64,000 nt of DNA from an uncultured Chloroflexia bacterium (GTDB lineage Bacteria > Chloroflexota > Limnocylindria > Limnocylindrales > CSP1-4): assembly GCA_963704145.1 (NCBI GenBank), contig CAVPHB010000006.1, forward strand, positions 502,208 to 566,207. The letters are read 5' to 3'. The notes under the pieces are model-generated. The model saw only the letters and a list, made by a program, of their open reading frames with translations, had not been told where the DNA came from and ran no database searches. A program made the position numbers and the translations under genes. Positions 54,482-64,000 of this stretch are shown one piece after another (the stretch's first letter is position 1; the number at the start of each line of letters is the position of its first letter).

Positions 54482-55558
54482 CTAACCGTTGCGCAACGAC
54501 GCGGTGTCGACAACCTCGAAGTCGGAGCCGTTGATCTGGTGCAGATCGTGCAGGTCGTCGTCATCCCACAGTGCGTGGGGCGCGCCGGTGACGAAGAGCG
54601 GTGAGCCATTGTCGGCCAGGATCATGCCGTAGGTCTGTAGCGCGCGCAGCAGCACCTGTGACTGCGGCCCGAAAAGGCTGATGTCGACTGACGCCTTGAG
54701 CCGCAGGCGCAGGCCCATCGGCGGCAGTGCCGGATCGTCGCTGTCGCTGGCGAAGTGGCGCGCCGGGTAGATGTACGCCCGCCGTGTGTCCGGGGCGGTG
54801 AAACGGAGTGCGTGGCGGATCGCGCCGGCGGCGACCTCGTCGTAGCGCACCAGGCCGGGCAGGATGGGCAGCCCGGCCGCGTCCGCGCTCGTCCAGCCTT
54901 TCGGCCGCAGCGCGTTCGAGCGCATGTCCCAGATGGCGCCTGAGCCGGCGCGCCAGCCGCTGGAGGTCTTGCGTGCGGCATACAGCTCGTACAGGAAGCA
55001 CGCATCACGGTCGACGACCAGGATGTGGCGATCGCTGCCGCCTTCGATCTTCGGCCGGCGCGGCAGCGGGTACGGCCCACGGTCCGATTCGGACGGCCAC
55101 GTGAAGCGCACAGTGCGCTTGCGCGCGCCGGCTCCGACGACGTTGTACGGGATGCCGTAGTTGCCGCCGTCGGTCGAGCTGAAATCGGGGTGCAAGTAGG
55201 CGTTCAGGCCGATGCTGGCCATCAGGATGGCCGAATTGCCCCGCACGGCCAGGTTGTCGATCGGCTTGTTCCAGATGTTGGTGGCCGGGAAGACGGGGCA
55301 GTTGGGGGCCTGCGGCAGCGTCACCGGGACCACGGCGGCACCGGCCGACGGAGCGGCAGCGAGCGTCGCAGCGAGCGCGAGGGTGACGGCGCGGATCAGG
55401 AACAGGCGCAGCACCGGCCGATGCTCGCCCGCGGGCACGCGCCGGTCAATCGGCCGGGCGAGCCACTCGCGCGCGTACCAACGGCCGGTGCGCTTTGCCC
55501 ACGGCCGTTGGCATCGGCGCGAGCCAGACGTCACGCGGGAACGATCGCCGCTCGTCAC
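54482..55558 (-). CDS. Secreted protein of unknown function (signal peptide, then a ~300-aa domain)
   Basis: ...LRLFLIRAVTLALAATLAAAPSAGAAVVPV is a signal peptide. The true start is probably an internal GTG/ATG downstream of the 55558 ATG. Coding-like composition, no recognisable catalytic motif. Confidence 0.55.
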   Translation of the reverse strand: MTSGDRSRVTSGSRRCQRPWAKRTGRWYAREWLARPIDRRVPAGEHRPVLRLFLIRAVTLALAATLAAAPSAGAAVVPVTLPQAPNCPVFPATNIWNKPIDNLAVRGNSAILMASIGLNAYLHPDFSSTDGGNYGIPYNVVGAGARKRTVRFTWPSESDRGPYPLPRRPKIEGGSDRHILVVDRDACFLYELYAARKTSSGWRAGSGAIWDMRSNALRPKGWTSADAAGLPILPGLVRYDEVAAGAIRHALRFTAPDTRRAYIYPARHFASDSDDPALPPMGLRLRLKASVDISLFGPQSQVLLRALQTYGMILADNGSPLFVTGAPHALWDDDDLHDLHQINGSDFEVVDTASLRNG

Positions 55559-55679
55559 GCGTTAGGGGAGTGTCTACTAGAGTTAGACCCGGAGGCGCGC
55601 CATTTCATACCGGACCAGCTACCGACCAGCCACCTACGGCGCGCCCGTCGCATCCAGGCGATCGGGCGCCGTCGCCGCG

Positions 55680-57163
55680 TTGCTGAGCTTCATCTTCCCC
55701 GGCCTTGGCCAGGCGTACCTGGGGCTGCCTCGCGCTGCCCTCACCTTTGCCGGGCCGGTGATCGCCGTCGTGCTCGTGCTCGTGACGGTCATCGTGACCG
55801 GCGGCGGTCTGATCAGCCTCGGCGCCCGCACCTTCGATCCCGGGATCGCATTCCCGGCCGCGATCGTGGTCCTAGCGCTGGGCCTGTGGTGGATCGCGGC
55901 GATCATCCACGCGTGGCGTTCCGGCGCGCCGCCCGTCGGCGGCATTGGTGGTCGTTCCGCTGGTGCTCGTCTTCCTCGTCGGCGCGACCGATGTCTGGAG
56001 TGCCACCTCGCTCTGGCGCTTGGGTAACGTCGGCATCGACATCTCGAGCGGCGATCCCCTCGACCCCTCGAACAACCCGTACCTCAACCCCACGCCTTCG
56101 GCCTCGCCCTCGCCAGCCGGGCAGACGGCCGATCCCGCGGCGACTCCGACGCCGCGTCCGCCGGACTACGTCGATCCGTCCGACGACCCTCGAATGAGCC
56201 CAGCCCATCGATCGAGCCCGGGCCCACACCCGGCTACGACATCACGACGCTGGATGCCAGCGACGACGGCATCCTGAACGTGATGCTCGCCGGCATCGAC
56301 TGGATGGAGGGTCGAGTCGGGGCCCGAACCGACACGATGCTGGTGGTCAGCGTGAACAGCGACACGGGCGAGGTGTTGATGTTCAGCTTCCCGCGCGACC
56401 TGCAGCGCTTCCCGATCTACAACGGGGGCACCTACAGCGGCAAGCTGAACACTTTCGCCGGCGTGAGCAAGCTGTACCCGGACCAGTTCCCGGAGCCGGG
56501 CATGCCCTCGCTCGCCTACCAGATCGGCTTCATGCTCGGCAGCCCGATCGACTACTACGCCAGCGTCAACATGCCCGGCTTCATTGCCGTGGTCGAGGCC
56601 GTTGGCGGGATCACGGTGTGCAACGAGCGGGAGATCTCAGACGATCAGCTCCAGTTCTATCTCTCGTCGGCGAGCACCGGCTCAACGCAGCGGATGCATT
56701 GCGCTACGTGCGCAGTCGCAAGGGACAGGCGGGGGGCGACTTCGCCCGGGCACATCGCCAGCAGCAGGTCCTCTCCGCGCTGCGCAAGGAGATGCTCAGG
56801 CCGGAGAACCTGCCTCACGTCCCCGACATCGCGGAGGCGCTGGCCGACGTGATCAACACGAACTTCCCACCGAGCCAGATTGACCAGTTGCTCTCTCTCG
56901 CCCAGAGCGTCGAGTCCGAGCCGAGTCGCAGCTGGGTCTTCAAGGACCCCCAATGGGCGGACTTCATGACGCGCCGCGAGACCGGCGGGCGCCAGGTGCT
57001 CATACCGCGCCTCGACGCCATCGGCGCGCTGTCGATCGAGTTGTTCGGGGAGCGCAGCCTGTACTACAGTCAGCAGCCGGGCGCCACACCGGTAGCCAGC
57101 CCGTCGCCGACCGCCTCGCCCAGCCCGCAGCCGTCGGCCTCCCCGAGCTGCGGCCGGCCGTAG
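55680..57163 (+). pseudogene. LytR-CpsA-Psr (LCP) family cell-wall glycopolymer ligase with N-terminal TM region and Pro/Ser/Thr-rich linkers, about 3 frameshifts
   Basis: MLSFIFPGLGQAYLG...(TM helices).. ILNVMLAGIDWMEGRVGARTDTMLVVSVNSDTGEVLMFSFPRDL...PIDYYASVNMPGFIAVVEAVGGITV.. LNAADALRYVRSRKGQAGGDFARAHRQQQVLSALRKEML. C-terminal linker PSPTASPSPQPSASPS. Confidence 0.65.
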
Positions 57164-57173
57164 ACTAGCCACG

Positions 57174-57687
57174 ATGCGGATCTACGAGGGGGCACCGCGC
57201 CAGGACTACGAAGAGGTGCTGCGCTCGGTCGGCGCCATGCTCGACCAGCGCGGCATGCGCGAGATCACGCTCAACGAGACCGACGACGGCTTCATCGTCC
57301 AGGGCCTGGCGTTGGTGTCGGGTGAGGACAGGCAGTGGAGCGACCCCGGCGCGCGGCTCGACAAGGAGACCTTCCAGTTGCGCGAAGACGACGTGTCGCG
57401 CTTCATGGAGGAAGCACTCGCGCGTCGCCGCGGTCGTAACCTGCAGGGCGTGACCGACGCGACCGGTCAGACCGGGAGCGGGTTCTACGAGACGGCGCTG
57501 CGCGTTGCTGGGCCGCTACATCGACCAGCAGCAGCCGCGCGACGTGTTCTTCTTCGAGCAGGACCACCAGTTCGTGATCCGACTGCTGATGCCCACGCGC
57601 GCCGGGCTGCGCCACGTGCTGGTCGAGTTCACGCGCGACGAGCTCGAGACGATGATCTCCGCGGCCCGCCCGGCGCGCGGCCGCTGA
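57174..57687 (+). pseudogene. Hypothetical cytoplasmic protein (~170 aa), one frameshift near 57505
   Basis: MRIYEGAPRQDYEEVLRSVGAMLDQRGMREITLNETDDGFIVQGLALV... continues as ...LGRYIDQQQPRDVFFFEQDHQFVIRLLMPTRAGLRHVLVEFTRDELETMISAARPARGR*. Confidence 0.45.
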
Positions 57688-57777
57688 ACCAGGGCCAGCC
57701 GGCTCTTGAGCCTTTGCGCTACCGTGCAACGGTGACAGAAGCGCGTGAAAACACGATCCTGCAACTGGAGGTCCACA

Positions 57778-57960
57778 TGAAGGGACTGATCAAGCTGGTG
57801 GCGGTGCTCTTCGTAGTGCTGCTCGCCGCCGTCGTCGTCGTGCCGTCTGGTAGCCCTGGCCGGTCTGTTCGTCTGGCTCAAGCTGACCGAGGAGGCCGAT
57901 GACGAGGCACTCGATCTCGAGCAGGAGATGGACGTCGTCGACGAGGCGGGCAGCGTCTGA
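57778..57960 (+). pseudogene. Small (~60-aa) single-pass membrane protein with acidic C-terminus, one frameshift near 57850
   Basis: RBS GGAGG lies 8 nt upstream of ATG 57778. MKGLIKLVAVLFVVLLAAVVVV.. then ..LAGLFVWLKLTEEADDEALDLEQEMDVVDEAGSV*. Confidence 0.4.
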
Positions 57961-57999
57961 GCGACCGCCCCCTCGGCGCGCCCGGACCGGTTGCGGCCG

Positions 58000-58790
58000 G
58001 TGACGCGCCGGTCAGTTTCCTGGTCGACTACGACGGCACCATCTCGCTCGTCGACGTGGGCGACGAGTTGCTCGCGCGGCACTATCCCGACCGGGACGGA
58101 GATGGCCCGCCAGGACGCCTGTACGACGCTGGCCGGATCGGTTCGCGCGAGCTGATGAGCTGGGACATGGACGTGCTGCCGCACGACGCCGAGCTGCTGC
58201 GGCGCGAGGCAGCGGCAATGCCCCAGGACCGACGGACTTCCCCGCGTTCGTTCGCGCCGTCCGAGCGCGGGGCGCGCTGGTCGAGGTGGTCAGCGACGGT
58301 CTCGGCTTCTATGTCGCCTCCAACCTGGTCGCGCCGGATCGGCCGATGTGTTCGTCGCGACCAACGGCAACCGGGTCGAACGCGGTGGGCGGGGATGTCC
58401 TTCCCGTTCAGCCACCCGACCTGTTTCGTGTGCGGGACGTGCAAGCGCGAGCGGGTGCGGCTGCACCAGACCCCGGCCGTGTGGTCGTGTTCATCGGCGA
58501 CGGCACGAGCGACCGCTTTGCGCGCGGCGCACTCGGACATGGTGCTTGGCCAAGGGCGCGCTGGTGCGCATCTGCATCGCGCCGAGGGCTGGCCGCTACC
58601 TCGAGTGGACCGACTTCCGCGACGTGAGCGCCGAGATCGAGCGCGCCTTCAGCGACGGCCGGCTGCCGGCCTCCGCCACAGACCTGGCCGACTGGCGGGC
58701 GACCCATGCGTCAGCCCCGCGGCCGTTCATCTGCGGGCCCGAGGTCTGGGGGCCGGGCCGCACGACGCCCGGTCCAGGTCCCCACTAACC
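58000..58790 (+). pseudogene. HAD-superfamily phosphatase (phosphoserine-phosphatase/MtnX-like subfamily), at least 3 frameshifts, one immediately after the GTG start
   Basis: GTG 58000: MTRP-VSFLVDYDGTIS (motif I DxDxT). ...ALVEVVSDGLGFYV. ...VVFIGDGTSDRFA (motif III/IV). ...RYLEWTDFRDVSAEIERAF. Confidence 0.55.
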
Positions 58791-58836
58791 CGGGTCGCGC
58801 ACGGCCTGCCGGCCAACCCCGGCTATGATCGACGCC

Positions 58837-59408
58837 ATGGCGCCGTATCCCGTTCCTTGTCAGCACTCTGCTCGCGTTCGCGCTGGTCGCGACTGTCCTG
58901 GCCGTCGCGCTGCTCGCCGGCCTGCTTGCGCCGGGCAGCGCGGTGGCCACTCCGACCCCGGTGGCATCCAGCGCATCTCCATCGTTGGCACCGAGTCCGA
59001 CGCCGATCGTGACGCTCGAGCCGATGCCGTCGCCGACAGCCACGTCCTTCCCCTCGGCCGGTGGCACCTACGTCGTCGAGCCGGGTGACTACCTGACTCT
59101 GCATCGCCGACCGGGTCAACGTCCCCTGGCAGCTGATCGCCGAAGCCAACAACATCGAGGGGCCCAACTACGTGATCATCCCCGGCCAGGTATTGATCAT
59201 CCCGGTCATCCCGCAGCCCAGCGGCGGGGCCGATTACTACGTCGTCGAGTCGGGCGACACGATCATCGCCATCGCTGCCCAGTACGACGTCGACCCGACC
59301 GACCTGGCCGATTTCAACAACGTCGCCGACTGGAACTCGATCCGGCCGGGCGACATCCTGTACATCCCCGCCCCGGGCTGGACGCCGCTGCCCACCGCCA
59401 ACCCCTGA
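58837..59408 (+). pseudogene. Membrane-anchored protein with two LysM peptidoglycan-binding domains, 2 frameshifts
   Basis: MAPYPV-LVSTLLAFALVATVLAVALLAGLLAPGSAVA is the TM anchor. Then a Pro/Ser/Thr linker. [47 protein letters not shown] is LysM 1. [46 protein letters not shown] is LysM 2. Confidence 0.65.
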
Positions 59409-59455
59409 CCGGGTCGCTGCGCTAACATTCGAAAAACCCCGGAGGACTCAGAGCT

Positions 59456-61129
<1,674 letters not shown>

Positions 61130-61193
61130 GCCCGGTCGCCGGCGCTGCAACCAATAGCTTCAATCATCCGATCCGAACGAAGGTGCTGACCAC

Positions 61194-62129
61194 GTGACCG
61201 CTACGACACTCGACCAGTTCATGCTCGACCATGCCCCGGCCGCGCCATTGCCAGTAGACGAACGGCTGATCAGCGCGCGCCGCTCGATCACGGCCGCGCT
61301 GGGTTCGCTGTCGAGTATCCCGGACTCGGCCTTGGAGCTGCCGTGGCGCTGGGGCGGCCAGGAGCTCGATATTCGCTACGGCTTCTACCGCCAGTACGAA
61401 GCGCTCGAGGGCGTACGCGCTCAGCTGGCCTCCGGTCTGGCCGGGGCGATTGCCGGCCAGCCTACCGGTCGCCCGCTGGCCGCTGCCGCTACCGCAGCCC
61501 GCTGGAACATGCACGGCCTGCTCGCCGGCCTGACCGATGAGATCCTCGATGCCGATCCTGCCAACGGCGAGTGGACCTTGCGCCAGACACTGGCCCACAT
61601 CGTCAGCGGGCAGCGGGACTATGGCTGGTTCACGGCCTGGTGGCTGAGCCGGCGTGACCTGCCCGCAGCCGATGTTCCGGCCAAGGTGCCTGACGACGTT
61701 GGCACCGAGTTACCCGACGAAGTGACCGAGGGCCTGGGCTCGTTGCGCGAGATCCAAGAGCGGCTCGATGCAATCCTGGACCTGTCGGCCGGCGTCGTTG
61801 CGCCGCTCGGCGCTGCCGAGCTCGGCGCGCCTGCACGCTGGTCCGCCGTCGCGGTCGACGTGCGGTTTCGCGTCGTGCGCTGGTCGTCACACCTGCGCGA
61901 GCACACCATCCAGCTCGAGAAGACGCTGGCCATGGTCGGCCACCAGATCAGCGAGGTCGAGCGGTTGGTGCGACTGATCGGCGCCGCCTGGGGCCGGCTC
62001 GAAGCCGATCTGTACATGTGGCCCCCGGGCGCGCCGGGAGTCGACGACGCGCTGGCGGTCTGTGAATCGATCGCCGTGGCACTGGCCGCCGAAGTTGCGG
62101 GTGTGCGCGACCAGGCACAGCAGGCCTGA
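61194..62129 (+). CDS. DinB/YfiT-like (DinB_2 four-helix-bundle) protein of unknown function, 311 aa
   Basis: Intact ORF with GTG start. ...EWTLRQTLAHIVSGQRDYGWFTAWW... is DinB_2-like. Confidence 0.5.
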   Translation: MTATTLDQFMLDHAPAAPLPVDERLISARRSITAALGSLSSIPDSALELPWRWGGQELDIRYGFYRQYEALEGVRAQLASGLAGAIAGQPTGRPLAAAATAARWNMHGLLAGLTDEILDADPANGEWTLRQTLAHIVSGQRDYGWFTAWWLSRRDLPAADVPAKVPDDVGTELPDEVTEGLGSLREIQERLDAILDLSAGVVAPLGAAELGAPARWSAVAVDVRFRVVRWSSHLREHTIQLEKTLAMVGHQISEVERLVRLIGAAWGRLEADLYMWPPGAPGVDDALAVCESIAVALAAEVAGVRDQAQQA

Positions 62130-62216
62130 CGACCGGCCCAGCGCATTCGAGGCGCTCGGCGGGCGTGCGGGGCGCGCGTCGTACACTGGGCCTCCAGACG
62201 ACGAGGAGCCCGGCTC

Positions 62217-62909
62217 ATGAAGATCTTCCTTGACACGGCGGACATCGAAGAGATCCGCATCGCCGCCCGTTGGGGCGTGCTCGATGGCGTGACGACCAAC
62301 CCGTCGCTGTTCGCCAAGACGAGCGGCAAGTCGTACGACGAGGTGCTGACCGAGATCTGCGGCATCACCAGCGGCCCCGTATCGGCCGAGGTCGTCGCCG
62401 AGGACGTCGAGGGCATGCTGACCGAAGGCCGCCATTTCGCCCGGCTGGCGCCCAACATCGTGGTCAAGGTGCCCATGAGCGAGGAGGGCCTGGAGGCCAT
62501 CTCGCGCTTCGCCGAAGAGGGCATCAAGACCAACTGCACGCTGATCTTCACCGCCAACCAGGGCCTGCTGGCGGCCAAGGCGGGCGCGTCGCTGCTGTCG
62601 CCGTTCATCGGCCGGCTGGACGACATCAACATGGAGGGCATGGACGTCATCCGCGAGCTGGTCACCATCGTCGAGCTGCACGACCTCGAGTCGGAGGTCC
62701 TGACCGCGTCCGTGCGCCATCCGCGCCACGTGACCGAGGCGGCAATGCTCGGCTCGCACATCGCCACGCTGCCCTTCAAGGTCCTGCAGCAGATGATCCA
62801 TCACCCGCTGACCGACAAGGGCATCAAGACCTTCCGCGAGGACTGGGAGAAGGCACGCGCGGCGGCGGCCGAGCGCGCGGCCGGCACGGACGCCGCTCGG
62901 CACAACTGA
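62217..62909 (+). CDS. tal: Transaldolase / fructose-6-phosphate aldolase (short TalC/Fsa type)
   Basis: Intact 230 aa. MKIFLDTADIEEIRIAARWGVLDGVTTNPSLFAK...IVVKVPMSEEGLEAISRFAEEGIKTNCTLIFTANQGLLAAKAGA...SPFIGRLDD. Confidence 0.85.
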   Translation: MKIFLDTADIEEIRIAARWGVLDGVTTNPSLFAKTSGKSYDEVLTEICGITSGPVSAEVVAEDVEGMLTEGRHFARLAPNIVVKVPMSEEGLEAISRFAEEGIKTNCTLIFTANQGLLAAKAGASLLSPFIGRLDDINMEGMDVIRELVTIVELHDLESEVLTASVRHPRHVTEAAMLGSHIATLPFKVLQQMIHHPLTDKGIKTFREDWEKARAAAAERAAGTDAARHN

Positions 62910-62913
62910 ACCC

Positions 62914-62931
62914 GCGCCGGCCTCCGGCGCT
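62914..62931 (+). terminator. Putative intrinsic terminator hairpin after tal (GCGCCGG-cct-CCGGCGC); no clear U-tract
   Basis: Perfect 7-bp GC stem with a 3-nt loop, 5 nt after the tal stop, followed by TCTGAGC. Confidence 0.35.
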
Positions 62932-63059
62932 CTGAGCAGCACATTCGGCGGCTGTCCAGCCGTTGAGTGTCGTCCGCGGCACACGCGACAGGCGACGCCG
63001 GCCGTGGTCGCACATCCCGTGTTTCCGCCGGCAAGCTCGACCGGCAGCGCGCACGCCGC

Positions 63060-63087
63060 TTGACCGATGCTCGGCGCGTGCTAATAT
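63060..63087 (+). promoter_or_regulatory. Sigma-70-type promoter for rho: TTGACC, 16-bp spacer, extended -10 TGcTAATAT
   Basis: cTTGACCgatgctcggcgcgTGcTAATATcgg lies about 140 nt upstream of the rho ATG. The rest of the 62910-63228 spacer is a long untranslated leader. Confidence 0.55.
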
Positions 63088-63228
63088 CGGGCCACCCCCG
63101 CTTTCCCCCACCGATCGGCCCTCGGCCGGTCCTCCGTGGCGCGTGTCGGCGGGTCCGACTCCACCGCGGCTGTGCGCTCAGGCGTCCCCCATCCGGTCCC
63201 CCATCTCAGCAGGTAGATCGATTTCCGA

Positions 63229-64000
63229 ATGAACATCAACGAACTCCAGGGCAAGAACATCAGCCAACTCGTCCAGATCGGCGGCGAGCTCGGTCTCGCC
63301 GATGCGACCGAGATGCGCAAGGACGACCTCGTCGAGCGCATCTTGCAGGGTCAGATCGAGCGCACCGGCCAGGTCTACGTGACCGGCATCCTCGATATCG
63401 TCGACGACGGCTACGGCTTCCTGCGTCGGCACGGCCTGATGCCCAGCGCGGACGACGTCTACGTCAGTTCGAGCCAGGTGCGCCGCTTCGGGCTGCGCGC
63501 CGGCGATCGTGTCGGCGGCGTCATCCGCAAGCCCAAGGAAGGCGAGAAGTACTGGGGCCTGGTGCACGTCGAATCGGTCAACGGCGTTGACCCCGAGACG
63601 GCCAAGCGCCGACCGCACTTCGACGTCCTGACGCCCATCCACCCGATCGAGCTGATCAACCTCGAGACCGATTCCAAGAACCTCAGCCAGCGCCTGATCA
63701 ACCTGGTCAACCCGCTCGGCAAGGGCCAGCGCGCGCTGATCGTGTCGCCGCCCAAGGCGGGCAAGACCTTCCTGCTCAAGCACATCGCCAACGGCATCAC
63801 CGCCAACTATCCCGAGATCCTGCTGATGGTCGCGCTGATCGGCGAGCGGCCCGAGGAAGTGACCGACATGCGCCGTTCGGTCAAGGGCGAGGTCATCGCT
63901 TCGACCTTCGACGAGCCGACCGAGAACCACACCCGCGCGGCCGAGATGGCGCTCGAGATCGCCAAGCGCCAGGTCGAGACCGGCCGCGACGTGGTCATCC
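63229..64000 (+). CDS. rho: Transcription termination factor Rho (N-terminal and RNA-binding part; runs off the window end)
   Basis: MNINELQGKNISQLVQIGGELGLADATEMRKDDLVERIL is the Rho N-terminal domain. ...GYGFLRRHGLMPSADDVYVSSSQVRRFGLRAGD... is the OB-fold. ..LIVSPPKAGKTFLLKHIAN is a Walker A. No stop before 64000. Confidence 0.85.
   Translation, partial: MNINELQGKNISQLVQIGGELGLADATEMRKDDLVERILQGQIERTGQVYVTGILDIVDDGYGFLRRHGLMPSADDVYVSSSQVRRFGLRAGDRVGGVIRKPKEGEKYWGLVHVESVNGVDPETAKRRPHFDVLTPIHPIELINLETDSKNLSQRLINLVNPLGKGQRALIVSPPKAGKTFLLKHIANGITANYPEILLMVALIGERPEEVTDMRRSVKGEVIASTFDEPTENHTRAAEMALEIAKRQVETGRDVVI

Noticed and set aside
55025-56197. 390-aa ORF on the plus strand; also 8474-9304 (+), 21789-23138 (+), 43720-44913 (+), 52239-54386 (-)
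   Set aside because: All are antisense to well-supported genes and translate to Arg/Pro/Ala-rich low-complexity sequence.

Overview
This is a very GC-rich bacterial chromosomal window (roughly 70% GC by eye). Its gene content suggests Actinomycetota or Chloroflexota, but I cannot resolve which. I found no rRNA, tRNA, CRISPR array, transposase or integrase.

Gene content, in order:
1. The 3' 4.8 kb of a giant, highly repetitive surface adhesin-like gene whose 5' end lies outside the window.
2. A membrane GGDEF/EAL c-di-GMP enzyme.
3. A roughly 18 kb cell-surface glycan locus (6.5-24.7 kb). It carries all four genes of the GDP-D-glycero-alpha-D-manno-heptose pathway (gmhA, hddA, gmhB, hddC), five glycosyltransferases, a Wzx-type flippase, a sulfotransferase, a P-loop kinase-like protein, and two very large secreted CSLREA/parallel beta-helix proteins.
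4. A Kef-type K+/H+ antiporter, a TPP-dependent acetolactate-synthase-like enzyme, an F420-type LLM oxidoreductase, and a MoaD-MoaE fusion flanked by polytopic membrane proteins of unknown function.
5. A family-I CoA-transferase (A and B subunits), a class-III aminotransferase, CapA, and a P5C-dehydrogenase-type ALDH.
6. An SbcD/SbcC-like (YhaO/YhaN-like) pair and an EamA/DMT transporter.
7. A complete oxidative pentose-phosphate operon on the minus strand (tkt, pgi, gnd, zwf, opcA, pgl).
8. A psuK-psuG pseudouridine catabolism pair, an LCP cell-wall ligase, a LysM protein, pyrG, a DinB-like protein, transaldolase, and the start of rho behind a strong promoter with a long leader.

About 30 of roughly 50 genes read in two to five frames. 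The breaks have an indel-like pattern, with no nonsense substitutions that I could see. They hit essential genes (pyrG, tkt, zwf, gnd) while a 13 kb block of the glycan locus is almost clean. I take this as more likely assembly or consensus indel error than genuine genome decay, but it needs checking against reads. Frameshifted genes are reported as single features typed pseudogene, with that caveat.
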